Positions 48,410 through 57,542 of a stretch of DNA of 64,000 nucleotides are shown here, one piece after another. This stretch comes from Candidatus Latescibacterota bacterium. GTDB lineage: Bacteria; Latescibacterota; UBA2968; GCA-2709665. Each line of letters opens with the position of its first letter. The stretch's first letter is position 1. The notes under the pieces were generated by a model. It was not told the DNA's origin and made no database searches. It saw nothing but the letters and a program-made list of their open reading frames with translations. The stretch lies in the NCBI GenBank assembly GCA_963667175.2, contig CAXXXF010000016.1:1-64000 (forward strand), given 5' to 3'. Both the position numbers and the translations under genes were made by a program.

Positions 48410-51277
48410 ATGCAGGCCCTGATTTCGGCACTTGAAAGAGAACTGTCCGGCGAAGTCCGGTTCGATCGGGCGTCGCGGATCCTGTACAGCACCGATGCAA
48501 GCATGTATCAGATTGAGCCGGTCGGGGTCGTCCTGCCCAGGCATCGGCAGGACGTCCTGCGGGTCATGCGCCTCGCCGGGGAGTTCGGTGTGCCGGTGCT
48601 GCCGCGCGGCGGCGGCACGGCGCTTGCGGGGCAATGCGTTGGCCCGGCGGTGATTATGGATCTGTCCAAATACATGAATGAAATCCTCGAACTGAACGAG
48701 GACGAGGGATGGGTGCGGGTACAGCCCGGCGTGGTACTGGACGAGTTGAACTCGTTCCTGAAGCCCCATGGTCTCCAGTTCGCCCCGGACGTGGCGACGA
48801 GCAGCCGGGCGACGATCGGGGGAATGATCGGCAACAATTCGGCGGGCGCCCATTCGGTCATTTACGGCAAGACCATCGACCACGTACTTGAACTCACCGT
48901 GGCCCTCGCGGACGGTACGGAAACCCGGTTCGCGGACATGTCGGACGAGGAAGTCGCCGGGAAGACGAAACAGACGGACCTGGAGGGGCGGGCATACCGG
49001 GAAGTCGCCCGGCTTGCCCGGCGGCACCGCGCTGAAATCGAACGGAAGTACCCGAAGATTCTGAGACGGGTGGGCGGCTATAACCTGGATGAATTCACGA
49101 AGCCACAGACCTTTAATCTGTCCCGTATGATCGTGGGATCGGAGGGCACCCTGGCCACGGTCCTGGAAGCCAGGCTGCGGGTGATTCCACTACCGCGCGC
49201 CAGGGTACTGGGGGTTGTGCAATTCGAGGACCTGATCGACTCCATGCGTGCGGTCGCGCCAATTCTCGAAACCGGACCCGCGGCCGTGGAACTGGTGGAC
49301 CGCATGATTCTGGAGCAGACCAAAGGCTCGATTGCGTTGTCCGGGGCGCGCGGGTGGGTTGAAGGAGACCCCAAAGCCGTACTCGTGGTGGAATATTTCG
49401 ACGACTCGACGGACCAACTGGCATCGCGCCTGGATGCACTCGAGGCCGCCATGTCGCAGCACGGGCTCGGCTATGGATTCCGACGGGCCGTGTCAGCCGA
49501 AGAACAGGCGAACGTGTGGAACGTCCGCCGGTCGGGTCTCGGATTGCTGATGGGCGTCAAGGGGGATACGAAACCGGTGGCCTTCGTGGAGGATTCCGCC
49601 GTTTCACCCGAAAGGCTTCCGGATTACATCGGCGATTTCGAGCGGATTGTGCGCGAGCACGATACGACCGCCGGCTATTACGCGCACGCCAGCGTGGGAT
49701 TGCTGCACATCCGTCCGATGGTGAATCTGAAAACAGCGGCCGGCGTGGCCAAAATGCGGTCGATCGCAGAGGCAGTACGCGAACTCGTGCTGAGATATGG
49801 CGGCGCGATGAGCGGCGAACACGGGGACGGTCTCGCCCGCAGTTGCTGGAACGAGAGGGTATTCGGGTCCACGCTCTACAATGCGTTCCGGGAGATCAAA
49901 CGCGCATTCGATCCGCGTGGTCTGATGAATCCGGGAAAGATCGTGGATGCGCCTATGATGACGGAAAATCTGAGGTTCGGTTCCGAATACCGCGCACATG
50001 AGCCTCGCACCCACTTCGACTTTTCCGCCGACGGGGGATTTCACCGGGCGGTCGAACTGTGCAACGGCGTGGGCGCCTGCCGGAAGAAGCTCCACGGGAC
50101 AATGTGCCCTTCCTACATGGCAACACTTGACGAGGCCCATTCCACACGCGGACGGGCGAACGCGCTCCGTGCGGCCATCTCCGGCGGACTCGAGGACGGC
50201 CTCGCCGACGAACGGGTCTACGAAATCCTGGACCTGTGTCTGGAGTGCAAGGCGTGCAAGTCGGAGTGCCCGTCCAACGTGGACATGGCCAAGATCAAAT
50301 ACGAATTCCTCGCACACTATTACGAAACGCGTGGAAGGCCGTTGCGGGAGTGGCTCTTCGGCAATATCGAAACGCTGAACCGCGCCGGGTGCGCACTGGC
50401 GCCACTGTCGAATTGGTTTGCCGACACCCCGATTGCCAGACTTGGGCTTCAGTTCCTCGGCATCGCGCCGGAACGGGCATTGCCCCGGTTCGCATCCCAG
50501 ACGTTTACGGATTGGTTTTCGCGGCGCGAAAAGCGGCCGCGCGAGCGGAAAGTGGTGCTGTTCAACGACACGTACCTCACGTTCAACGAACCCGAAATCG
50601 GCATTTCCGCCACGCGTTTTCTGGAGGCCGCGGGATATGAGGTGCTTCTGCCGGCAAAGCGGTGTTGCGGAAGGCCGCTCCTGTCCAGTGGCATGATCGA
50701 GCAGGTCAAGGAAAATCTGGAATTCAACGTGCGCCACCTCCATGCATACGTCACGCAGGGGTACGATATCGTGGGCTTCGAACCCAGTTGCGTCTCGATG
50801 CTGACGGACGATTACCCCGATCTGAACGCGGATCCCCGCGTCCGGGAGGTGTCGGAGAAGTGTTATACGCTGGAGTCATATCTGAGTCGGCTGGCGCGAC
50901 GCGGGGAACTCCACGTGACGTTTACGGAACTGAAGAAGCGGATCCTGGTCCACGGGCACTGCCATCAGAAAGCGCTCTGGGGCATGGCGCCTTCGCTCGA
51001 GGCATTGAATCTCCCCCCAGGATTCTCGGCATCGGCCATTGATTCGGCCTGCTGCGGAATGGCCGGCGCATTCGGTTACCAGGCGGAGCATTACGACGTT
51101 TCGTTGAAAATGGGGGAAGACCGGCTATTGAACGTCGTGCGTCGGGCGGGCCCGGAAACGGAGATCGCCGCATCCGGTCTGTCGTGTCGGCAGCAGATCA
51201 ACCATGCAACCGGACGGACAGCGCGTCATCCCATTCAGATTCTGTGGGAGGCGGTGGCGCCCGATGGCGAAGAATGA
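48410..51277 (+). CDS. FAD-linked oxidase fused to 4Fe-4S and CCG domains (YdiJ/GlcD-GlpC type, probable 2-hydroxyacid dehydrogenase)
   Basis: YSTDAS, RGGGT, GSEGTL, HASVGLLH, SGEHGDG, CNGVGAC, CLECKACKSECP, CCGRP, HGHCHQK, CCGMAG. Confidence 0.93.
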   Translation: MQALISALERELSGEVRFDRASRILYSTDASMYQIEPVGVVLPRHRQDVLRVMRLAGEFGVPVLPRGGGTALAGQCVGPAVIMDLSKYMNEILELNEDEGWVRVQPGVVLDELNSFLKPHGLQFAPDVATSSRATIGGMIGNNSAGAHSVIYGKTIDHVLELTVALADGTETRFADMSDEEVAGKTKQTDLEGRAYREVARLARRHRAEIERKYPKILRRVGGYNLDEFTKPQTFNLSRMIVGSEGTLATVLEARLRVIPLPRARVLGVVQFEDLIDSMRAVAPILETGPAAVELVDRMILEQTKGSIALSGARGWVEGDPKAVLVVEYFDDSTDQLASRLDALEAAMSQHGLGYGFRRAVSAEEQANVWNVRRSGLGLLMGVKGDTKPVAFVEDSAVSPERLPDYIGDFERIVREHDTTAGYYAHASVGLLHIRPMVNLKTAAGVAKMRSIAEAVRELVLRYGGAMSGEHGDGLARSCWNERVFGSTLYNAFREIKRAFDPRGLMNPGKIVDAPMMTENLRFGSEYRAHEPRTHFDFSADGGFHRAVELCNGVGACRKKLHGTMCPSYMATLDEAHSTRGRANALRAAISGGLEDGLADERVYEILDLCLECKACKSECPSNVDMAKIKYEFLAHYYETRGRPLREWLFGNIETLNRAGCALAPLSNWFADTPIARLGLQFLGIAPERALPRFASQTFTDWFSRREKRPRERKVVLFNDTYLTFNEPEIGISATRFLEAAGYEVLLPAKRCCGRPLLSSGMIEQVKENLEFNVRHLHAYVTQGYDIVGFEPSCVSMLTDDYPDLNADPRVREVSEKCYTLESYLSRLARRGELHVTFTELKKRILVHGHCHQKALWGMAPSLEALNLPPGFSASAIDSACCGMAGAFGYQAEHYDVSLKMGEDRLLNVVRRAGPETEIAASGLSCRQQINHATGRTARHPIQILWEAVAPDGEE

Positions 51278-51555
51278 GCGCCCGTCGACGGGTTTATGTA
51301 CGGGTAACGGGCGTTGTTCAGGGAGTGGGTTTTCGTTTCTTCGTGTGTCGCGAGGCGCGGAAGATGGGCCTCGTCGGGTACGTGCGCAATCGCCCCGACG
51401 GGAGTGTGGAGCTCGAGGCGGAAGGGGAGTCTTCCTGCGTATCGGCTCTCGTCGATACGGTCGGCAGAGGTCCTCCGGGCGCTCGAGTCGGGAAGACATC
51501 GGTACATTCACGACCTGTTGACGGGTCCGAAACCGGATTTGACATCCGGTGGTAG
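51274..51555 (+). CDS. acyP: Acylphosphatase
   Basis: VTGVVQGVGFR, GYVRNRPDGSVE, GPPGARV; ATGA overlap. Confidence 0.93.
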   Translation: MSARRRVYVRVTGVVQGVGFRFFVCREARKMGLVGYVRNRPDGSVELEAEGESSCVSALVDTVGRGPPGARVGKTSVHSRPVDGSETGFDIRW

Positions 51556-51570
51556 AAAGCGGGGCACATC

Positions 51571-52083
51571 GTGGATCTAATGAGTTATATTCGTGAAGTA
51601 CCGGATTTCCCGAAACCGGGTATTCTGTTCAAGGATATCACAACGCTCCTGAAAGAGCCCGCGGCGCTCGATGCCGTCGTTCGACGGCTTGCGGACCCGT
51701 ACCGGAACGCGGACGTGTCACTTGTGGCCGGGATCGAATCCAGGGGTTTCATCCTCGGGGCGGCCGTGGCCCGGGATCTGGCCGCGGGATTCGTGCCCAT
51801 TCGAAAATCCGGAAAATTGCCCGCAGAGACGGCTTCGGTGAGTTATGCGCTTGAATACGGCGCCGACAGCATTGAAATTCATACCGACGCGATCGTTCCC
51901 GGTCAGCGTGTACTCCTCCTGGACGATCTGCTGGCGACCGGCGGCACCATGGAGGCCGCGGTCAAACTCGTGAAGGGTCTCCGCGCCCGGGTCGTGGGTA
52001 TCGCATTTCTGATCGAATTGACCGCGCTCGACGGGCGCTCCAGATTGACGGGAGAAAACGTGATGGCGCTGGTTGCCGGATAA
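51571..52083 (+). CDS. apt: Adenine phosphoribosyltransferase
   Basis: PDFPKPGILFKDIT, ESRGF, RKSGKLP, LEYG, LLDDLLATGGT. Confidence 0.97.
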   Translation: MDLMSYIREVPDFPKPGILFKDITTLLKEPAALDAVVRRLADPYRNADVSLVAGIESRGFILGAAVARDLAAGFVPIRKSGKLPAETASVSYALEYGADSIEIHTDAIVPGQRVLLLDDLLATGGTMEAAVKLVKGLRARVVGIAFLIELTALDGRSRLTGENVMALVAG

Positions 52084-52194
52084 CCGAATGGAAGCGTCAC
52101 GCGGGCACACGTCCGTCGGCAACTCTCCTCTGACGTTTTGCGCCGTTCGAAACGGGCGAAATCGCCGTTGGCAACCTCATGTCATGCTATTTAT

Positions 52195-52267
52195 GCCCCT
52201 GTAGCTCAGAGGATAGAGTAGCGGATTCCTAATCCGTTGGTCGCAGGTTCGAGTCCTGCCAGGGGCA
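52195..52267 (+). tRNA. tRNA-Arg(CCT)
   Basis: GCCCCTGTAGCTCAGAGGATAGAGTAGCGGATTCCTAATCCGTTGGTCGCAGGTTCGAGTCCTGCCAGGGGCA; CCA not encoded. Confidence 0.96.
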
Positions 52268-52289
52268 TTTTGTCTTTTCGGTTTCTTGA

Positions 52290-52477
52290 GAAGCTGTCTT
52301 AAAATTCCCAGCGGTCTTCGCGCCTGCCTGCTGCCGCAGGCAAGGCAGGCGGCTGCAAAAGCGCCGGTCGGCGTTGGTCGAATCCACCCGTATAATCAAA
52401 TATGGGCGGATTTACCCGCCTTGACCGCCACTCTTTCGCTCGCACTCTGGAACTCACCGGTAATTTTAAACCGCTTC
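52290..52477. mobile_element. MITE-like family B element
   Basis: Imperfect TIRs GAAGCTGTCTTAAAATT / AATTTTAAACCGCTTC, TGA direct repeat on both sides, long internal hairpin, CCTG..CAGG palindrome at 52323-52349. Confidence 0.7.
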
Positions 52478-52530
52478 TGAAACGCGCCCGGCTTCGGAGT
52501 GCGGCTTCCCGTTCCCTGTGGGCAAAAGGG

Positions 52531-52559
52531 TTGACATCGGAACCGGAATGCCATACTAT
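52531..52559 (+). promoter_or_regulatory. Near-consensus sigma70 promoter
   Basis: TTGACA-N17-TACTAT. Confidence 0.7.
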
Positions 52560-52678
52560 TTGGTGGCGTTGCCGCCCCTGATCGGGCCCGCTTTCGTACG
52601 TGCAGGGAGCACGTTCAACTTGCGGCCGGGCCGCCCGGTGCGGCCTCCCCGATGTTCCGAGAGATCGGGAGGGAACTG

Positions 52679-53026
52679 ATGTCTCCTGACCGTGACGAAT
52701 ATCTCGAAGACGATCGAATATTGGCGCTTCTCGCCGATCCGGTTGACGCCGAAGCGTTTACGAACCTGATGGAACACGCGCACCAGAGGGGCATGAGCGC
52801 CGCGGATTTTGTCCGCGAGGTACCGGAACGCACGTCCCGCAAGGCCATTCGGAGGCTGTGTCTGAAAGACAGGAAACGAACGTTACGCACAAGACTGTCC
52901 TCCTTCGCCAGGAATCTGTGGGCGCGCCCCGCCGAGGATCCGGAGAACAGATACATACAGACACTCTACCCGCCCCGGGACGGGCCGCCGATGCCCGGCG
53001 GAAACGGACAGAAGCCCAAACAATGA
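52679..53026 (+). CDS. Hypothetical protein (115 aa)
   Basis: GGGAGG RBS, downstream of a strong promoter, ATGA-coupled to the next ORF; no recognised motif. Confidence 0.6.
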   Translation: MSPDRDEYLEDDRILALLADPVDAEAFTNLMEHAHQRGMSAADFVREVPERTSRKAIRRLCLKDRKRTLRTRLSSFARNLWARPAEDPENRYIQTLYPPRDGPPMPGGNGQKPKQ

Positions 53027-53205
53027 CGCGGGAAGAGCGACAGGCGCTGCAGGTGCATATTCACGAACTGGAAGAACTGGTCGAAGCCATGCTTGTACAT
53101 GCGCGGTCCGGAAACCAGGAGGCCAGGGAACGGCTGGTTCACGTGCATCGAGAGGTGATGAATAAGCGGCATCGGCTAAAGGATCTGTCCGGGCGGGATG
53201 GCTGA
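53023..53205 (+). CDS. Small helical-hairpin hypothetical protein (60 aa)
   Basis: ATGA overlap; amphipathic heptad pattern, His-rich. Confidence 0.6.
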   Translation: MTREERQALQVHIHELEELVEAMLVHARSGNQEARERLVHVHREVMNKRHRLKDLSGRDG

Positions 53206-53220
53206 GGCAGGGATTCATCA

Positions 53221-53288
53221 AGCGGAATATGACGGGTGGGCTCACGGACCAATCCGGGAGGTATACCCCATGTTTCGCTCTTTTTTTT
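53221..53288 (+). terminator. Long hairpin plus T8 tract upstream of or overlapping the ruvX start
   Basis: AGCGGAATATG../..CATGTTTCGCT, GGGTG/TACCC and CTC.CGGA/TCCG.GAG stems followed by TTTTTTTT. Confidence 0.5.
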
Positions 53289-53299
53289 CAGGGTCGGAA

Positions 53300-53722
53300 G
53301 TGCGGGTACTTGCGGTTGACTACGGCACGAGGCGCGTGGGCATGGCCGTTTCAGACGAACTCGGCGTGGCCGCGCGTGGATTGCCCACGGTGCATGCGGG
53401 CTCGCGGATCTCGGCGGTGCAATCGGTCGCGCAGGTGGCCTCAGACGTCGGAGCGGCCGCGCTGCTCGTCGGTCTGCCGCTCAACATGGACGGGAGTCGG
53501 GGGCCGATGGCTGAAGCTGCCGAAGCGTTCGCTTCCGAACTGAATCGAACGACGGGGTTGCCCGTTTGCCTCTGGGACGAGCGGCTGACCACGGTTGCCG
53601 CGCGTCGTGCGATCCGCGAGACAGGGTCGAGGCAGGGAAAAAAAAGGGGCGAGGTGGATCGAGTGGCGGCGGTCCTGCTGCTGAATAACTATCTGCAGGC
53701 GCAGGATTCAGCGATGACCTGA
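53300..53722 (+). CDS. ruvX: Holliday junction resolvase-like/pre-16S rRNA nuclease RuvX (YqgF)
   Basis: VLAVDYGTRRVGMAVSD, VGLPLNMDG, WDERLTT, VD..AAVLLL..YL; alternative in-frame ATG at 53270. Confidence 0.94.
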   Translation: MRVLAVDYGTRRVGMAVSDELGVAARGLPTVHAGSRISAVQSVAQVASDVGAAALLVGLPLNMDGSRGPMAEAAEAFASELNRTTGLPVCLWDERLTTVAARRAIRETGSRQGKKRGEVDRVAAVLLLNNYLQAQDSAMT

Positions 53723-53745
53723 AGCAATTCAATGGGAGAAACAAC

Positions 53746-54813
53746 GTGGCGCCGGACGGTCCGGACGGCCGTCGATCCTGGAGGTCTCACAACCTCGGAT
53801 CGGCGATCGTCCATTCAATTATCGCGCTTGCCTGCATTGGCGCCGTGGGCTTCGTGCTGCTGGTCCTGACATTGAACCGTTCCACGGGGTGGGGACCTGG
53901 AGACGTCGTCATTCAGAAGGGCATGTCGGTCGAACAGATCGGCAGGTTATTGCATAACGAGGGCGTCATCCGGAGTCCGCGGCTGTTGGTTCTTTTTTCC
54001 ATGGTCAACCGGTCCAGCAGAAACCTCAAAGCCGGCATTCACCATTTCCAGGAAGGAATGGACACTTGGGAGATCTTGGAGGAGCTTACCGTGTCCAAAG
54101 CTGAATTCCACGAGGTGACGATACCGGAAGGGAGGACACTCCTCCAGACGCTCACGCGCCTTGCGGCAACAGCAGACCTCGATGAACGCGAGTTGAGGCG
54201 AATCGCGACCGACCCGGGGTTCTGTCGCCGGTTGGGTGTCGATGCGGACAATCTCGAGGGTTACCTCTTTCCGGAAACCTATCGGCTTTCGCCGACAATG
54301 GACGAAGAACAGGTCATCCGGATGCTGATCGGGCAGTTCTTCGCGGTCTTCAGCGGGAAGCTGAAGGAGCGAGCGCAGGAAATCGGAATGTCGGTGCATG
54401 AAGTTGTCACACTGGCCTCAATTATCGAAGGCGAGGCACAACTGGAGGAAGAACGATCGACCATCTCGGCGGTGTATCACAACCGGCTCAAGCACGGGAT
54501 GCGCCTCCAGGCCGACCCCACGGTTCAATACGCCATCGAAGGAGGTCCACGCAGGTTGTTTTACAGGGATTATAGGATTGACTCGCCCTACAATACGTAC
54601 CGGCACAAGGGGTTGCCGCCGGGTCCCGTAATGAACCCGGGGGCGGCGTCGCTGGCGGCGGCGTTGTTCCCTGCAAACGTGGACTATCTCTATTTTGTGG
54701 CGAAGGGCGACGGATCGCACGTGTTCAGCAGGACGTCCCGGGAACACGACCGGGCAAAGCACAGGACACGTTGGGCCAGAAGACGCAATTGGCAGCCGTC
54801 AAAGACGCCTTGA
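53746..54813 (+). CDS. mltG: Endolytic transglycosylase MltG
   Basis: N-terminal TM, TIPEG, LEGYLFPETY, LASIIEGE, NRL..GMRLQADPTVQY, SPYNTY..GLPPGP, YLYFVA. Confidence 0.95.
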   Translation: MAPDGPDGRRSWRSHNLGSAIVHSIIALACIGAVGFVLLVLTLNRSTGWGPGDVVIQKGMSVEQIGRLLHNEGVIRSPRLLVLFSMVNRSSRNLKAGIHHFQEGMDTWEILEELTVSKAEFHEVTIPEGRTLLQTLTRLAATADLDERELRRIATDPGFCRRLGVDADNLEGYLFPETYRLSPTMDEEQVIRMLIGQFFAVFSGKLKERAQEIGMSVHEVVTLASIIEGEAQLEEERSTISAVYHNRLKHGMRLQADPTVQYAIEGGPRRLFYRDYRIDSPYNTYRHKGLPPGPVMNPGAASLAAALFPANVDYLYFVAKGDGSHVFSRTSREHDRAKHRTRWARRRNWQPSKTP

Positions 54814-54830
54814 AACGGGAAAGCGAGGGT

Positions 54831-57065
54831 ATGCAAGCCATACTGGAGGGGTTGAACGAACAACAAAGGGAAGCAGTCTGCGTAGTGGACCGTCCGGTTC
54901 TCGTCCTGGCGGGGGCTGGGTCCGGAAAGACGCGTGTGCTGACCCACCGGCTGGCGTACTTGATCGAGGTCTGCGGCGTGAGCCCGGGCGCCATCGTGGC
55001 CATGACCTTTACGAACAAGGCGGCGGGGGAGATGAACGGCCGCGTCGAAGAACTGTTGAACCGAAACACCCGGAGCATGTGGCTTGGGACGTTCCACTCC
55101 CTGTGCGCGCGCATTTTGAGGAGGGAGCCGGAAGCGGCCGGCCTCGACGCCGATTTCACCATCTACGACGCCGACGACCAGCTCTCGCTGATACGGCAGG
55201 TTCTTCGGGACCAGGAGATTTCGGAGCGGCAGTTCCCTCCGCGGCAGGTCCGGGCGCGCATCAGTTCGGAGAAGAGCCGGATGGTCGATCCGGTTGCTTT
55301 CGCGAATCGTGCCGGCACCTATTACGAGCAGCAACTCGCCCGGACGTACCGGCAGTACCAATCGGCCCTGCAACAGAACAACGCTGTAGATTTCGACGAT
55401 CTGCTCATGCTGACGGTACAGGCTTTCAGGGAAGTTCCGGAGGTCCTGGCGAAGTACCAGGAACGGTTCGCGCACGTCTTGATCGACGAGTACCAGGATA
55501 CCAACCGCCCTCAATACCTCTTTGCGCGTCTGCTTGCGGAAGGACACGGACGCATCTTCGTGGTGGGAGACGACGACCAGAGCATTTATGGGTGGCGCGG
55601 CGCGGACCTGGGGAATATCCTGAATTTCGAGAAGGATTTTCCCGATGCGAGTGTGATCCGCCTCGAACAGAACTATCGTTCGTCTCAGGTGATTCTCGAC
55701 GCCGGAAACGCGGTGATCCGAAACAACGTCGGACGCAAGGGAAAGGAACTCTGGACGAATCGCGGCGGCGGGGAACTGATTCAGGTTTCGAGTTGCGCGG
55801 ATGAAGTGGATGAGGCCCAATGGATCGCTCGGGAATTGAAACGCCTCCGGGCGACGTATACGTACGGACAGGTCGCCGTGTTGTACCGTACGAACGCGCA
55901 GTCCCGCGCTCTGGAAGACGGACTGCGGTTCCAGGCAATCCCGTACGTGATTGTGGGAGGCGTCAGGTTTTACGAAAGAAGCGAAGTCAAGGACGTGCTG
56001 GCTTACCTCAGGCTGATCGTGAATCCCAGCGACTCGATCAGCCTGTACCGCATTGTCAATACGCCGCGACGCGGCATCGGAAAGACGTCACTCGCCAGAT
56101 TGGAATCCTATTCGGCCGGGGAGGGTATCGCCCCATTTGAAGCAATGTCCCGAGTCACCGACGTGGACGGGCTGACGGGCCGCGCGAAAACGGCGATGGG
56201 TGGATTCTATGGGATGATGGAAGGATTCCGGCGCAGGGCGGAGGATGAGCCGGCCCATGTTCTGGCGGAGCGCGTCGTACAGGAGACAGGATATCTGCAG
56301 ACGCTGGAGGATCTGACGCCGGCCGAGACCGTCTCCCGCTCGGAGAACGTGCAGGAACTGCTGGCGGCCATCGAGGATTTCGTCCACCGGTCCGACCCAC
56401 CCACGTTGTCGGCATTCTTGCGGGAAGTCGCACTGATCACCGACGTGGACCAGTGGCGCGACGAGGCCGATGCCGTCACGTTGATGACGCTGCACAGCGC
56501 CAAGGGTCTCGAGTTTCCCGCGGTTTTCATGACGGGTCTGGAAGAGGGCCTGTTCCCTATCCTCAGGGATCAGAACGATCCGGTTGCCGAAGAGGCGGCA
56601 GTGGAGGAGGAGCGGCGGTTGTTCTACGTGGGGGTGACGCGGGCGCAGGACCGGCTCCACCTGACCCATGCCGCTCACCGCCGGCGGTACGGTGGCGCAG
56701 CGGTCAATGCCGAATCCAGATTCCTGCGGGAAATTCCCGGCAATCTGGTCGTTCGCGGCCTTGCCTCGAAGAAGGACGTTTCTCCGCCCGCCCGCGTGGA
56801 GAAAACCGCCGCCGGCGCCCCCTTTCCCGTGGAAGCGGGCAACGTGGATCGAGAGGTTCCTCCCACGTCTGAGCCGTTGAATCAATCGAATGACGGCGAC
56901 CCGTTCCCGATGGAAGCGGGTACCGCCATTATCCATCCAACGTTGGGTCGGGGGCGAATTCTGGATCGGACAGGAAGCGGTCCTGATACGAAACTCACGG
57001 TAACCTTTCAGAACGGTTCCACGAAGAAGCTGGTTGTCCGTTTTGCCCGTCTTCGACCGGGATGA
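54831..57065 (+). CDS. pcrA: ATP-dependent DNA helicase PcrA/UvrD
   Basis: LAGAGSGKTRVL, TFTNKAA, DEYQDTN, GDDDQSIY, LEQNYRS, TLHSAKGLEF, EERRLFYVG.TRA, C-terminal Tudor-like domain. Confidence 0.95.
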   Translation: MQAILEGLNEQQREAVCVVDRPVLVLAGAGSGKTRVLTHRLAYLIEVCGVSPGAIVAMTFTNKAAGEMNGRVEELLNRNTRSMWLGTFHSLCARILRREPEAAGLDADFTIYDADDQLSLIRQVLRDQEISERQFPPRQVRARISSEKSRMVDPVAFANRAGTYYEQQLARTYRQYQSALQQNNAVDFDDLLMLTVQAFREVPEVLAKYQERFAHVLIDEYQDTNRPQYLFARLLAEGHGRIFVVGDDDQSIYGWRGADLGNILNFEKDFPDASVIRLEQNYRSSQVILDAGNAVIRNNVGRKGKELWTNRGGGELIQVSSCADEVDEAQWIARELKRLRATYTYGQVAVLYRTNAQSRALEDGLRFQAIPYVIVGGVRFYERSEVKDVLAYLRLIVNPSDSISLYRIVNTPRRGIGKTSLARLESYSAGEGIAPFEAMSRVTDVDGLTGRAKTAMGGFYGMMEGFRRRAEDEPAHVLAERVVQETGYLQTLEDLTPAETVSRSENVQELLAAIEDFVHRSDPPTLSAFLREVALITDVDQWRDEADAVTLMTLHSAKGLEFPAVFMTGLEEGLFPILRDQNDPVAEEAAVEEERRLFYVGVTRAQDRLHLTHAAHRRRYGGAAVNAESRFLREIPGNLVVRGLASKKDVSPPARVEKTAAGAPFPVEAGNVDREVPPTSEPLNQSNDGDPFPMEAGTAIIHPTLGRGRILDRTGSGPDTKLTVTFQNGSTKKLVVRFARLRPG

Positions 57066-57197
57066 TCCGAAGCCGTACGAACGTCCGGCTGCTCGCCTCC
57101 ATCGCCAGAATCCTCTTGATTTCAGGATCGGATTGCCACATATTACAATTGAGGTGAAGACCGGAGATAACGCCAATCCGTTTCCATGGGTTTGTCG

Positions 57198-57485
57198 ATG
57201 TCGGTTACGCTGGAAGACGTACGAAAGGTGGCGCGACTTGCGCGGCTGAGGTTCGACAGGGAAGAGGAAAAACGGCTGGTTGTCGACCTGAATCAAATGC
57301 TGGATTACGCGACCGCCCTCGAAAATCTGAATACCTGCGGCGTTTCGCCCACGTCGCACGTACTGCCTGTATGCAACGTGTTTCGCGAGGATACGCCGGT
57401 TCCCTGTCTTTCACAGACGGAGGCCCTGTCGAACGCGCCGAGTTCCGGCCACGGCCATTTCAGCGTTCCCAAAGTTATCGAATGA
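57198..57485 (+). CDS. gatC: Asp-tRNA(Asn)/Glu-tRNA(Gln) amidotransferase subunit C
   Basis: EDVRKVARLARL, NVFRED, ALSNAP, F.VPKVIE. Confidence 0.93.
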   Translation: MSVTLEDVRKVARLARLRFDREEEKRLVVDLNQMLDYATALENLNTCGVSPTSHVLPVCNVFREDTPVPCLSQTEALSNAPSSGHGHFSVPKVIE

Positions 57486-57542
57486 CTCCCGGCGGTGGTT
57501 TTATCTACACCGCCGTTCTTTGTTCTGCGCGTGGAGGAGCGG

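Noticed and set aside
34312-52267. Genomic island integrated at tRNA-Gly or tRNA-Arg
   Set aside because: I saw no integrase, no duplicated tRNA 3' end and no obvious compositional shift.
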